A DNA stretch of 64,000 nucleotides from Phoronis australis (taxonomy: Eukaryota; Animalia; Phoronida), in the NCBI GenBank assembly GCA_002633005.1, contig NMRA01000674.1:124001-188000 (forward strand). The letters are read 5' to 3'. Position 1 is the first letter of the stretch, and each line of letters starts with the position of its first letter. The notes under the pieces are model-generated. The model saw only the letters and a list, made by a program, of their open reading frames with translations. It was not told the DNA's origin and made no database searches. This document shows positions 26,012 to 39,449 of the stretch, piece after piece. Position numbers and translations under genes: made by a program.

Positions 26012-26767
26012 ATGACTGCTTCTCTCCCACAGGACAAGGTGGACAGAGCTTCCAACATCCTGCTCGACTTCCAAAAACGTCGCAAGGTTACTCTTCGCGA
26101 CCTCCAATCCCTCATTGGTCTACTAAACTTTGCCTGCTCCGTCATCGTGCCCGGCCGCGCCTTCCTGCGCCGACTCATCAACCTCACCATCGGCATTTCG
26201 AGACCAGACCACTTTGTCACTCTCAATAAAGAAGCTAGAGCGGACCTTCGGGCTTGGTCCATCTTTCTCCGAGGCTTCAATGAGAAAACACTGTTCCTAT
26301 TCGACAAGTGGACATCTTCAGACACCATCAAACTGTACTATGATGCTGCGGGCTCCAACGGGGGTTTTGCTGCGACATTGGGAGCTTCCTGGTTTGCCTA
26401 CCCGTCGCCCGAGCACCTCCAACGCCATCACATCACCTTCAAGGAACTCCTTCCGATTGCCATAGCGCTAGAGCTGTGGGGTTCAAAGCTTGTCAACCAC
26501 AAGATCCTCTTGCTGTGCGACAACCGTGCTGTCGTTGACATTATCAACAAGACCTCCTCCCGCCACGCCCCCATTATGTCTCTTGTTCGTCGTCTGGTCA
26601 TCTCCGCTCTTACCTTTAATGTTCATTTTCGGGCAAAACATATCCCCGGCTACACTAACATCATCGCTGATGCACTTTCTCGTTTCAACTTTCAGGTCGC
26701 CTTTTCCCAGGGTTATTGGCTCAGCCCTCATCCGACACCGATCCCGCCGCACCTCCTGACAGAGTGA
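26012..26767 (+). CDS. RT C-terminus + RNase H of a Ngaro/DIRS-like element (5'-truncated)
   Basis: LQSLIGLLNFAC.VI.PGRAFLRRL, DAAGS.GF, HIT.KELLPI..A..LWG, CDN.AVV.IINK.SSR, A.HIPG..N.IADALSR. Confidence 0.9.
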   Translation: MTASLPQDKVDRASNILLDFQKRRKVTLRDLQSLIGLLNFACSVIVPGRAFLRRLINLTIGISRPDHFVTLNKEARADLRAWSIFLRGFNEKTLFLFDKWTSSDTIKLYYDAAGSNGGFAATLGASWFAYPSPEHLQRHHITFKELLPIAIALELWGSKLVNHKILLLCDNRAVVDIINKTSSRHAPIMSLVRRLVISALTFNVHFRAKHIPGYTNIIADALSRFNFQVAFSQGYWLSPHPTPIPPHLLTE

Positions 26768-27600
26768 CCAGACTGCTCCGGGCTTCCCTGGCCCCCTCCA
26801 CTCTTCAGTCCTACACCCGCATCCTGCATAACCTCGCACAGTTTCACCTCTCCTCTAACAACTCTCCGCTCACCTTGCCCATTAATACCTCTTTCCTGGC
26901 CCTCTACATCTCTCATCTCTTCGAATCTAGCCTTAGTAGCTCGTCTATCCAGTCCTATGTCTCTGCCATTAGTTTTGTCCACAAGCTTGACATCCTCCCA
27001 GTCCCCACTTCCTCCTTTTTCATCAAAAAAATCCTCAAAGGCACTTCCAATCTGCGCCCTTCTTCTGACGCACGCATGCCCATTACTTCCGCTTTGCTTC
27101 ACTGCTTGTTTGGCGCCTGGCCTTCTGCACTTGGCTCTTTTGCCGACTCGGTTCTCGCACGTGCTATGTTCCTCTTAGCCTTCCATGCCTTCCTCAGGGT
27201 CGGTGAATTCACAGTCACCTCCTCGCTCTCCTCCCACGTCATACAGGTCAGTGACGTCGTCTTCCCCCCTCTGGCGATACTGTGGTCATCACTATGCGTA
27301 CCTTCAAGCACAGCTCGCGACCAGTGTCACAATTCCGTCCAGCCAATCTCCCCATTGCCCAGTAGCTGCCCTAACCTTGTACTTGTCTACTTTTCAGCCC
27401 TCTCCTGGCCCCTTGTTCCGACACCTCAGTGGATCACCGGTTATTCGTTCCTGCTTCAACTCCATGTTAACTAAAGTGGTTTCCTTTGTAGGTCTCGACA
27501 CCAAGTCTTATACGTCTCATAACTTTCGCATTGGCGCGGCCACCTCTGCGGCCAGCCGTGGCGACCCTGAACCGTTGATCCAGCGCATCTTGCAGAGTCT
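26764..27600 (+). pseudogene. Tyrosine recombinase, frameshifted and 3'-truncated
   Basis: SLAPST..SY N-terminal domain, AMFLLAFHAFLRVGEFT (box I R), CPV.AL..Y, YTSHNFRIGAATSAA (HxxR). Frameshift near 27270; ends before GRW.S...Y. Confidence 0.9.
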
Positions 27601-30600
27601 TAGTAAGTTTTATCTATTTATGTCATAATAAATGACAATATTCGCAATCCTCCTCTTGTTTTAGTCTGCAACATAGCTCGTGGCGTACCCCGGGCAAAAT
27701 AGATTACGATAAACACACATGTGCCCGATTTAAGTGTTGTGTTATTCATACTGTATGGATACAGGATAGCAACGTAAAAAGAATTCAGCGACAGTACAAA
27801 GGTGCATTCCAAAAGGCGCAACCAAAAATTTCTGGGATTCATATTTCTTGAACATGAAATTTGAGCAGCTGGATTTACAACAAGCAACATTTACACCAGT
27901 CAAGCCAGTTTGTTTGCATAAAGCGCTAAATCTTGAGAATTCAACCAGTTAATCAGAAATGCAAGTGAAAAAAAATTCCCGAGAAAACTAAACGATACCT
28001 ACCAGCTGGCTACCACCTATCGGCACGCAGAGAACGAGCGAGGGCCTAACTTGTTCGTTACATGCCTGTCTACTGTTTCATATAATCTGAAATAATGTTC
28101 ACGATCTTGCATTCTACAGCGGCTATACTGAACGATCGCGTTTCGTGTTGGGCCTAGCAGTTATGTGAAATACAGCAGCTGACGGATTATACTAAAAAGT
28201 TTATTCCAAGTATGCTCGTCAAAAGAAAAAAACGAATGTTTTAGTCAGATGAGAAGCCTTGTCTTACTTCCCCTTGTTCGTTAGTTACTGATATTTTTGT
28301 GATGTAAATTACGAAAATTCCAAAGATATGGCGAAAAACATTATAACCGTGGATATCATAAATTGTTATAATTAGAGCGTAATTAGCATTGGTCAAATGA
28401 AATGCAGTTTGAGAGTGGCGTTCACCTGTGCGCGTCTGTGTAACATGTGAACAATAACTGTTTTGGGGTTATTGGTTACAATCATCTCCACAGAAAAAAG
28501 TTTCAGATTCATGTGAACGTTAAATGAGAACGAAATCTGACGGACAACCATTAGAATCGAGAATAAACGTTGTCATGCCAAACGAACTACCTGCATGTAC
28601 GTCAAAAGTGGATAAGTTTATATCTCCTGAAATTATCCATGAACTTGTTTATATCGCTCCTAAAACCAGTGCGTGTCAGTTGAGCTTTGGCGGATAGTAG
28701 ATAAATGTCGGGAAAACTAAAACTGGCCCGCAGCCAGCATTGCTCGGGGGGCTGGTTCGAATATCTAGCAAGCTGAACCTTTGTTATTTTGCAAATGTCG
28801 ACACAAGAGTTTTCAAGGGGACCGAAAATTTGTATGCACGGCAAAGATGGTTTTCATTTTTATGTTCGTGAGATCATACATAATTCAGAAATGAGGATGC
28901 CGTGACGTTTGTTCGAAAAGAGCAGGACTCAAATTCTGGTGTATATATGGTACACACATAGATTGTTCTATCGTTACCTCCTACCAAACTTTCAAATCAA
29001 ACGTTTTTAAAAGAGTGATTACTCATTTCATCCTCAGACATAAATAATTGGATAATGACTTGACGTAAATTCTCATTTGATTGCATTTTTACGTGTTACT
29101 TATTGCTTACAACGATGGAAATGGAATTAAGCCACTATTCCGAAGCAAATTTTATAGTTACCAAAGATGTCCGCTTGTGACCTAAATTCGTCACAGCTTT
29201 TCATTTAGCGCCGCCTTCTGAGAGGAGCTCATAAAACGAAACAACATAGATAACTGTTAAGTTAGTTTGTCCTTTGGTGTTGACAAAATTTTTTGTTTCA
29301 CTTGCATAAAACTAAGGAGAGGTAAGTCTATATTCATTGTATATTCCACGCTAGGCCTACTGTTCTCAAGTATGTGCTGATCGGAGAACAGGAGTAAGTA
29401 CTGGAGTAGAATAATAATAGTAGCAGGCCTACCTATTGGGAATAGTTACTAAGAGTTGACAATACTGAGGCCCGTAGCATGGTCGTATGAGTCTCAATCG
29501 GTAGTGGATGCACCATCTTCTGCCAGGAATGTAACAAAATCGATGTGGAGTTGTATCAGCTGTATTTGGTTAAATAAGACTAGTTTGTGTGTATTCTGCA
29601 GTTCAGGTTACAGTGTCAGACCCAGTGTCCTAGTCCACTGGCCTTGTTGACTGTGTGAAAACTGGGGTGAGATTGCACTTACACGGCCAGGTTTAGTGGA
29701 GAATGTTTGCATGCTTGCACAATGTAAAGATATTGTTTGTTTTCGTGTAGACTATGCTTAAAAAACCATGTGGAAAATGTCATTCTATTGAATTCAGGCA
29801 GTTGCTTTCATACCAGTCTTAGCCCTGAAAAAGTCTCAATTAATTACAGTTTAATATTATCATAATTAAATATTATCATAATTTCATAAACGTCCACGTA
29901 AATACAAATGATATTTCCTATAGATTGATATTGTATTGTATTGTATTGTTATGCTTACAAAGGGATCTAAGAATTTTGTTATTCACTTGAATGGTCTTTA
30001 CATTCATTCTAGTCTTATTGCATCGCATTAGTTATCCCATGTGCAAAACATCATTATATTTTTGTTTTCCTCAAGTAAATTGTAGATAGTGATTCCTCAA
30101 AATTGGCTTGATGTCTAAAAATCTTGTTTTTATCCAAGGTAATTACAATCTTCACCACAGGCTCGGGCCTGGCTTGGGGGTCTCTGAATACAACTTGGTC
30201 CCCCGCCAATAGGTGGCGGTGCTCGAACTGTGTGACTAGGCAAATTACACTGGGACGACCATCTTGGGATACAGTATCTTTGTCCGAATGTTCTTTATTC
30301 CGAATGTTCACTACTTCACTTGTCATCTCTGAAAGTTCACTACACCGAAAGTATCTTAACTTTCTGACTCTGGTGCAATTGTTATAATTTTGCATGGAAA
30401 ACGACAATTCGGTTATTACATGCAGCTATACCAAAAATAACCACGGCTAATAAATCACGTTGTTTGGATTTCATGTGCATGAAAAATTGCCCGCATATCT
30501 TTCGAATACGTAAAAGTGAGTACTGTACGTACTTGGATTTTTAAAGGAATGCAAAGTAGGTACATGTATATTTGATAAATTATCAACTACGATACATTGA

Positions 30601-30727
30601 TCAAATCCTTGTCCAGATCGCATCATCTCACAGTTTGACTGAAATGTTTATGGCGACTTTACCTCATTCTTACCCACCGAAACTGCTCGCACGGCTGTGT
30701 AGCAACTAAATGTATTTAGTAGGCTAC

Positions 30728-30937
30728 CTTGTCCCTGTCATTCTTCTCCAAAGTGTCGCCCAGTCTTCTTAAATTTAAAACCGCAGTTGGCGGCCACAGC
30801 AGGAACCAGTGTCCCTGGTTGTTCAGTTAGATCCTTACATCACGACTGGCAGTGATGATTGGAACTGAGTTCTATTGTTAACATTAATTTTGATGTTTTA
30901 GGAACAATCCAGCTCTTGGCCACCCTTTAATTGGTTA
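30728..30937 (-). pseudogene. Exon-like relic of unknown protein (AVAANCGFKFKKT); paralog at 63073-63235 (+)
   Basis: Acceptor TTCCATTTAG and donor CAAG|GTAG; shares LDCS and AVA.NCGFKFKKT with the 63-kb copy; contains in-frame stops. Confidence 0.45.
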
Positions 30938-31047
30938 CTAAATGGAAAAACAACTTAAAACCACGATATCAGCCTCGAAAGGCCAATACAACCGCTAAAT
31001 AGCCCATTTAGTTATTCAACGGTGTTAAATAACAGTTTGGCGAGAAA

Positions 31048-31116
31048 TCGAGGCCGGTTTCGAACCCGGTCCGTAAGAATTTTGGGTCGTCAACTTTACC
31101 AGTGCACCAGTCAGCA
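31048..31116 (-). mobile_element. tRNA-derived SINE head
   Basis: Minus strand has A-box-like TGGTGCACTGG and B-box GGTTCGAAACC at tRNA-like spacing; no full cloverleaf. Confidence 0.5.
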
Positions 31117-32235
31117 ACTGACGTTATTGAGCATAAAAATAGAATACTTAAATGAGCACGCGCAATATTCACAGTTCAGCAGACGATGTATTCCCGGTAG
31201 AAGCTTAGCATGATAAAATGTGAATTATGCTAGACTGGTTGCTAAATCTTATTCCTGTTTGTTTGAATTTCCAATTGCTTTTGAGAAAAAAACATTATTT
31301 TAATAAAAATAACTCGACTTTTCTTAAATGGTCACAAACTCCGATCCTGGGCCTGACATACATGTACATGTAAAAAGTAGTTACAAAGCCGAGGCGAGTC
31401 CAGAAAGGTATATCTACATGTATTCATCCCTAATGTTTCGCGTTCAGTACATGTACAGGTATGTGGTATGAATAGATTATTGCATTTCTCAATCCTTAAC
31501 CCACTTATCTACAGCCCTTTTGGATTATAGAGAATTATCGTCCTCGGGGCTAACGTCCCTCGGGCGATAATTCTCAAAAATCAACTCGGGCTCTAGATAA
31601 CGGGGCATAACGACTTCGCCATGCAATAGTCTATATTTATTCATGTCAGTTCCGACAGATTAGTAGATGGTTAGAGAAATGAAATGTCGGAGTTGTTTCG
31701 AAATTGTGGACATTCAAAGTAGTGAATTGCCGTAGTAGTGAACACCCGATGGTGGCGAACCTTCGAAGTAGTGAAGCATCGGAGTAGTGAACCTTCCGGC
31801 ATATCAGAAAACTCTGGGTTGTTTTGTAAACTAGTACTAGCGAGTAGATGAGGGCGAAGCCCTCGGACAATTTCACAAGATCGGTGGATCTCGCCGCCTG
31901 TACTTGCTGTGGTTGATGTGGACATGGATCGAACGGCAGGACCTGGAAGGCGGTTGATGAGGTTCTTCTTCTTACGGAAATGAGACGCTGGCAGGATGGC
32001 AACACCTTGGATGTCGGTGTTTTTTCACATTTTTGTCGTCAAATAACCACTCGAACACAACTTGACGTGATCAAGTGAAAGAAATTAGTCAAAGATTTAT
32101 TAAATGCTGAGTTCCTAGATTTCCATGCACATTTTAGTAAAAAACATTGCGGAAACCGGTTTTTAATGTCCAACTTTCATTGTATGTTTTATCAGTAGCC
32201 TAGTTGGTGACGTCAGTGGTGATTGAATAACAGAT

Positions 32236-33483
32236 GAAAGCGCTCCGAGGAGCGAACCTTGGCGAAATTAACCAAAAAGATGACGATAAAGATGATGACG
32301 AAGATGACGAATATGACGACGATGGTGAACAAAAGAATTATTAATAACATAGACATGACGAACGTAAAAGTCCGAAATCAGTAAGAAAAAGGCTACAGTC
32401 TTGTGCTACACTTGGCGAAATTAACGGAAAAGACAAGGACGGAGATGATGACGAAGATGATGACGATGATAACGAATATGATGATGATGGTGGCGATGAT
32501 GAACAACATCACAACATTCATATGATGAACTTAGATGTCATAAATCAATAAGAAATAGGCTACAGTCTAGTTCAATAGAAGATATACCAACATCAATGCA
32601 GCAAGAGCGCTCAACAAAGGAACAGCGTTATCAGAAAATCTCAAATAACTCGAAAAGTAGACGTCCTAGCGAAAAATGGAAGACATCTTCTGAAAGCCCG
32701 TTCAAAATTCTATCTAAAGTGATGGTATCGCCTAATTCCGTAAATTTTTCGAAAAAAATGAAATTTTGCGTTTTTTTTAAAAATTCAAAGTCAAATAACT
32801 CGATAACGGTAAGTCTGAAAAAAAATTGTTAGAGGCCGTTTGAAAGATAATTCTTCAAAGAATCCACATGCAAAAAATCACGTCTTTTTGTCTTCCCGTT
32901 TTAAATCGCACTCCAGCACGACTGAAAATGGGCTAACATGCGCCAGATCCGCAATCTTGAATGCAACTTCCGGTTTTTTAGTTGATACAATAGCATGTCA
33001 CAAAAAACTAATATCCGTAAAACTTCGAAGGAATTGGCCCCATAATGCGCCCTGTACAGGAGAAAACGTTATTAGGCCAAAATCGAGGTGCGCATGCGCG
33101 ATCACTGATATATCCGCCATCTTTGACCGGAAGTAAACAATTTGCAGGAGACATGTAGTGCACATCCGGTCCACTTATTGTGCCGATTTTCAGCTCTGTA
33201 CGTAAAAAATTGCACAATTGTAGCACATGCGTTCTAGTATATTCGTACCGATTTTCAATTATGTAGGTTGAAAAATGCGGCCTCTACAAGCATTTGACTG
33301 TGAAATCGGATACAAAATGTCCGCCACGTCCGCCATTTTGTATCCGATCATGACCAAAAACAATAGGCTTCCAGGACTTTCCGATCTACACGTTGTGTGC
33401 AAATTTCGTGAAAATCGGACGAAAACTGCGACCTGTAGAGTGATAACAAAAAATACTTGGCGAAAGAATCTCGCCAAGTAATA
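32236..33483 (+). mobile_element. Non-autonomous Helitron/Helentron-like element, copy 1
   Basis: Starts GAAAGCGCTCCGAGGAGCG, has GAT/GAC low-complexity tracts, and ends in hairpin CTTGGCGAAAGAATCTCGCCAAG-TAATAA. Colinear with copy 2. Confidence 0.65.
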
Positions 33484-33677
33484 AACACAACTTTTCTTCG
33501 TCCGCCGCTTAGAATAGAACACAAAGAACTTCTACAAGAGAAGAATTACGAAAAGCCATGCGGTGGAGCATAGAAACATGCAGGGAAGTGTCTTTTCACA
33601 AATGAACTGGCTGTGTACTCCTCTTAGAAGCAGTCTCAAGCAGACCATGNTAATGCTGTCGGGGTAACAAACAACAT

Positions 33678-35033
33678 GAAAGCGCTCTGAGGAGCGAAAC
33701 TTGGCGAAATTAACTAAAAAAAAAACACGTTCGAGAGGACGAGAAAAGACGACGACAGAGATGATGACGAAGATGACAGCTATGACGACGATGGTGGCGT
33801 TAATGGACAACCCTAGTTATGATATCATTCATATAACGAACGTAGAGGTCAGAAATCACTAAGAAATAGGCTTCAGTCATGAGCGACCCTTGGCGAAATT
33901 AACTGAAGAAAAGACGACGTCGGAGATGATGACGAAGATGACGAATATGATGATGGTGGTGGCCATGATGAAAAACATCATAACATTCATATGACGAATT
34001 TAGATGTCATAAATCATTAAGTATTAGGCTGCAGTCTAGTTCAATAGAAGCTAAACCAACCTGAATGCAGCAAGAGCGCTCAACAAAGGAGCAGCGTTAT
34101 CACAAAATCTCTAATAACTCGAAAAGTAGACGTCGTAGAGAAAAATGGAAAGCATCTTCTGAAAGCCCGTTCAAAGCTCTATCTAAACTGATGGTATCGC
34201 TTAATTCCGTAAATTTTTCGAAAAAAATGAAATTTTGCGTTTTTTTTAAGAATTTCAAAGTCAAATAACTCGAAAACGGTAAGTCTGAGAAAAAAATTGT
34301 TACAGGCCATTTGAAAGAATATACTTCAAAGAATCCACATGCAAAAAATCACGTCTTTTTCTCTTCTTGTTTAAAATCGCACTCCAGCATGACTGAAAAT
34401 AGGTCAACATGCGCCAGATCCGCCATCTTGACAGCAACTTCCGGTTTTTGGTTTTGTATAATAACATGTCATAAGAAACTAATACCTGTAAAAATTCGAA
34501 GGAATTGGTCTGATAATGCGCCCTCTACAGGAGAAAACGTTTTTAGGCCAAAATCGAGGTGCGCATGCGCGATCGCCGATATTTCCGCCATCTTTAACCG
34601 GAAGTGAACAATTTCCGGCACATTTGTAGTAAGCTTCCGGTCCATTTACTGTGCCGATTCTTAGCCTTTTACGTAAAAAATTGTAGCCTCCAGAAGCATT
34701 TGAACTTTTAAATGGAAACAAAATGGCCGCCACAGCAGCCATCTTGGATCCGATTTTGACGAAAAACAATAGGCTTCTAGTACTTCCTGCAGTACATGTT
34801 ATGTGTAAATTTCGTGATGATCGGACGAAAATTGCGACCTGTATCGTGCGAACAAACAAAAAAAAAAAAACTTAGTGGAAGAGCAACATACTTGGCGAAA
34901 TTTATTTCGCCAAGTAACAAGTAAAAACTTGACGACAGAGCAACATACTTGTCGGAATTCGAAGAATTCCGCCAAGTAACAAACTTGGTGGAAGAGCAAC
35001 ATACTTGGCGAAATTTATTTCGCCAAGTAATAA
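33678..35033 (+). mobile_element. Non-autonomous Helitron/Helentron-like element, copy 2, with triplicated 3' hairpin
   Basis: Colinear with 32236-33483. AGAGCAACATACTTGGCGAAATTTATTTCGCCAAGTAA occurs 3 times (middle copy diverged) at 34880-35033. Confidence 0.65.
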
Positions 35034-37499
35034 ACCCAAGTGCTTGTGGTACGTGCTTCAAGGATACATGTATCTCAAACCGAGTGGCCGATTAAGGGTT
35101 TGTGGAGCTCTAATCTGTCTTAATTCCGGAGGTTCCACTTATTAATCTGCAGCAGACCTACAATATACTTGTACACGTCTAAAGTATAGCTTTTCAAACT
35201 TAATCAACAAACAGAATAAAGTTATCAATTTGAAAGGAGTAATAATCGATGTTTTCCTACCGGTAAAGCTGTCCCTGTAACCTGGTGAGCATTTATACAA
35301 TACAGCCACAGACTTAATAGTCTTCGTCCGGGCTACCTACGGTCTGGCTGAGCGTGGCGATAACCGTGACAGCTGGCGTGAGTCTACGCGTGACTGTCCG
35401 GAACTTACATGTACCACGAGTTAGACGTGAACGAAGCGCGAGATCCACCGTGAGTCAGGTGTAAGCCAAACGTGACCCAGGCAACAGTTTCCCTGCCTTC
35501 TCTACAATGGGGAAATCGTTTTTGCTATTCTCACATATTTAGTGTATCTAGAATAAAGAACTCTATCACATTTAAAGAAACATTTCTCAGTGCTGAAATA
35601 GTAAACAACTGTAAGAACTTTGACAACATCGGTAAGAAATTGCCTACTGCGTTGGCAATAGTTATACATGTAGTACTGGTCAGCTCTCTCAGGGCATCCA
35701 TTCTATATAACCATTACGCAATCTAGTATACCAACGTTGTATATACATGTAAGTTCATTAAAAAATGTGGAACTCAAGGCATCAAGAAGCAGCAAGTGAG
35801 TAATACTATCTTTAATGCTATCAAATTTACATAATTAGCAGAATGTATCATGGATATGTAATGATATGCGTGGAACATTGTAGATTAGTGGATTTGGCAT
35901 TTATTCTTGTTCTATTATATATCAACTGTAAACTGTGTATTATTTCTCATTTATTTTCATACTGGTAGATCAGAGGCACCAGTGCCGAAGATTGACTTTA
36001 GCGCAGGTTTCTGGCTGTATTTGAGAGCTCACTTTACTCTCTAGTAGTGCTATGAAGGTAACGTTTACATGTATATAACCTCAGCAGTGTATACATTGTA
36101 TACTGACCTGGGTATTTGAGAGTGATTCGGCTTTTGAAGTCTTAATTCAAGTTTGCCGCTTTCACTGAAACGGTAACTATGTTTTTGACTTGGTATGACA
36201 ACGATACCAAGAACAGTTTATGGAAATACACCAACTACCGTAAAAATACAGCTTCAGCAGTGCAGATAAAATCACGTCCTAACTTGTACACATTCTTCTT
36301 TCTTTGTGGACAATTATACATGTATCACACTGTAATGCTTCGCCAGGCATTGCCACTGAGCCGAGGGATCACGTATTGCCTACAACTTCTGTGTTCAAGT
36401 CTGTATGATTCGGCCACCCCGAACATACATGTACATGTATATGACGAGACTTCAGAGATAGTCATACGTTATTTGATTTCTTTTCATGTGGATTGACGTG
36501 AAAATTGATATTCAACTGTTTTAGGGACATTTGAACAATTAAGGTAGCAGATGACAAGACAAATTAATAGATTTTGATTTTTTTATAAATTGCACGTTCA
36601 GTTGTACTCATTATAATTTCAAATTAAACCTTTGTAAGCGAGTTCATCCAATGATTCAGACGAGTCAATCCTTTGATTACTCGGCGTTCTATCATCCACC
36701 TGCGCATCAACTTATTTTGTAATGCTATTATTGTAGTGGTTGTTGTTCACAATCTTAAACACTTATCATTTTTAGTTTTCAGTTTAATATAAGCTATGTT
36801 ATACCACGCATACATCTACTTTCTATCCATGGATATGCTTAGACACTCGCCCAGTTGATTCCATATTTCACGGTCATGACTAAACTGTGAGAACTGCTAA
36901 CCTTTCCCGTAATGTGCAGATATTTTAATTGAAATTACTTCTGCATTGTGCTTGATGTTTATCACATGCCTTACTTGTATTTTAATGGATAAACAAAGGG
37001 GTAAATTGTTTGCAAACTTTTCACTCGGTCATTTCAAACCTCAGTTGCAGCCAATACACTTTCAACCAATCGTATTAATCTTACCTTGAAAGCAAAATGT
37101 TTGAACATTTTCACGGATTCCTGCTTTCACTACACTAAAACTGAGAGTGTCAAGTTTGACCTCAGCTAGCCACCAAAAGGAAATGCTGCACATCATTATC
37201 CAACGCACGCACCAAGAAATTTGATTTGTAACCTCTTTCCAATGCAAATAGATCATGTGCGGCAAGACTGTCATTATTGATTGCTTGAAATGTCGCTCGT
37301 TTATTTATATTACACAAAGGCATAAAATTAAGATCTCGTTCAAGCCGTCTCAAGAACATGCAACCTGTTTTTTTGGGGGAATTATTGATACGGAAATTTG
37401 TTAGCTGTTGAAAAAACATATTTTATCTGATATACTTCACGTTTGAAAGCGTACACAACCTTTCGTCACTTACATGTACAATCAAGATGGACTGAGTAA

Positions 37500-37950
37500 C
37501 CCCTGATGGGCCGAGATGACAAATGCCTAATGTTGAGACAATGTGCTATTTTAGTTCTAGCTTAACAAAGACATTTAGCCACTGAGCGAGTGAGCTTAGT
37601 GTTGGTATTCTTAGTTCGAGGTGTGCAAACTCGATATAAGATGCAATTTGAATATATTGAATGGCAGGAGCAATGGAGCAATTACCAAGACATAAGTGCA
37701 TATCCACATAGCGTTGGAGTTTGACTCGATAACCTAAGTATTTTAATTTATTCGAAAATAAGGAAAACACCAAAAGCGGTTGAAAAGCTATGTACACTAT
37801 ACCTAGTAATATACAAAATACCTTCACACGGAAATAGATAGACTTCATATAGATTGAGGGTGGTCGACACAGTAAAAGGAGAAATACCTGTTGAAGCTTT
37901 GTGGAGACTAAGCCAAAATCGAAGTGGGTTATAATTGAAACAAATCGACA
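37500..37950 (-). pseudogene. Highly decayed LINE RT fragment
   Basis: Weak matches: LLGIVYIAFQPL..FSLFSNKLKYLGY (like LL..DF.KAFD.....L...GF) and LCLGNCSIAP (like G.RQGDPISP). Confidence 0.35.
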
Positions 37951-39449
37951 TTTGGCCTAAGTTTAGTGCGTCGAAACTTCGTTGACTTTAGACATCGTGC
38001 ATTTTTATTTCTCAGTGTTCGTGAATGTGCAGAGTACCTGCGGTAAGGAAGCAATATAAACCTAATAAAAATCCGCCTTCATCTTAAAATGTCTATAACT
38101 AGAAACTTACGAGCCGTAAAAAATATGTTTTTCTACATGAAGAAGTCGTGGTAAATCTAGTCATACCATGCAGAACACTCCGCCATTCCTGTGTTCACGA
38201 GACAATATTTTTTAGAAACAAAAACGTTGTTTATAAATGTTTATTGTCAGGGAAAGCTTCCCTTGACCACCATCAAACTTTTGTAATAAACATATTTGAT
38301 AATAATGCTCAAGATAAGTTGATAATTTTAATCCTCTTAATAGGTGTCCTAACAATTATGGGACAATTGCCTTTTAACTTAACATGGAAAATAATGTAAG
38401 CTTCAATACAAAATCTAAGACATGTCACAGAGAGATTGTACTTTTCCGGCAATAACCAAATGGTGACATTATTACAAGTAGGGTACAGTTTTGTAAATAG
38501 ATTGATTTGATTTCTAATTTCAAAAAAATGATGGGTTGACAGCATCATCTAAAATACTTTAACATCAAGAAGAAATTTAAGGAGGATTGCACGTAACTTC
38601 AGTGCATCCGAACGTGTCGGAAACAAGCCGGTTAATGTGCGAACACGTGTGTCTCTTACCACGGTGCAGTAGTAGGAAATGCGTTGGTGAAATGTGAGAT
38701 CACGCGTGATCTGGTCTAAAGGTTGTGAGTTCGAATACTTGCAATTTTCTATTTTTGAATCACCTGGCCGAAGAAGAGCCGTTGAAGGCTGATTATAGTT
38801 AAGGAATCATAGAAAATGCTTGTTTTCAGAGGCAAACACAAAACGTCCTTCTGGGCAGAACAAGGTAACAACCCTCAACGTCCCGACCCCCCACATTCGT
38901 CGCTACGTGCCTCTACAATTGCACTTTGCTTGTTTGTCTACTGCACTAAATGATGTCATGATATTCTAGATTCGGTGCGTTAGTCAATGTGTGGGAAGTA
39001 CCGGTAAGAAATTTGCTGGAGAAAAATGAGCAACTAATCAACTCGTTACATTATTCACTTTCAACACCATCGTCTCGTAACAGAATTACTTACATGTACA
39101 TGTACATGTACATAGAAGAACTTAACCAAAGTTAAAAACCTACCATTTGCCTGCCATATGACAACTGCGCCGTCATTTTCAAAGCCAGTACCACCGTTTG
39201 ACAGAGTCGGTTTGAACCACAACAGTCATTTCAAAGAACTCAAAATGCGTTTTTTAAAAAACTTACACTTTTTTATCCTTATTTGCTGTTTTTCGACTTG
39301 AATTGAAGTAGGAATTGAAAATAAATTGAAAAACTATATGTATTGAAAACTTTCAAACTAATTGCGTTTTTATGCGGCCCCCTAATCATTATAGTCAAAT
39401 ATATAAAAATAAATAGTGATGTGGTTGTTGCTTTTTAAACACCAGAGTA

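Larger units (their letters stand above)
25960..27600 (+). mobile_element. Truncated tyrosine-recombinase retrotransposon (Ngaro-like)
   Basis: RT C-terminus/RNase H directly overlapping a YR ORF with no methyltransferase between them. C-rich composition differs sharply from the flanks. Confidence 0.9.

Noticed and set aside
25984-27311. Antisense and alternate-frame ORFs over the YR element
   Set aside because: Shadow ORFs of C-rich coding sequence.
31048-31116. tRNA gene
   Set aside because: Only A/B boxes, no convincing cloverleaf; treated as a SINE head (same for 61250-61299 and ~38690-38740).
32280-32510. Asp-rich coding-like tract
   Set aside because: GAT/GAC low complexity inside a duplicated repeat, with stops.
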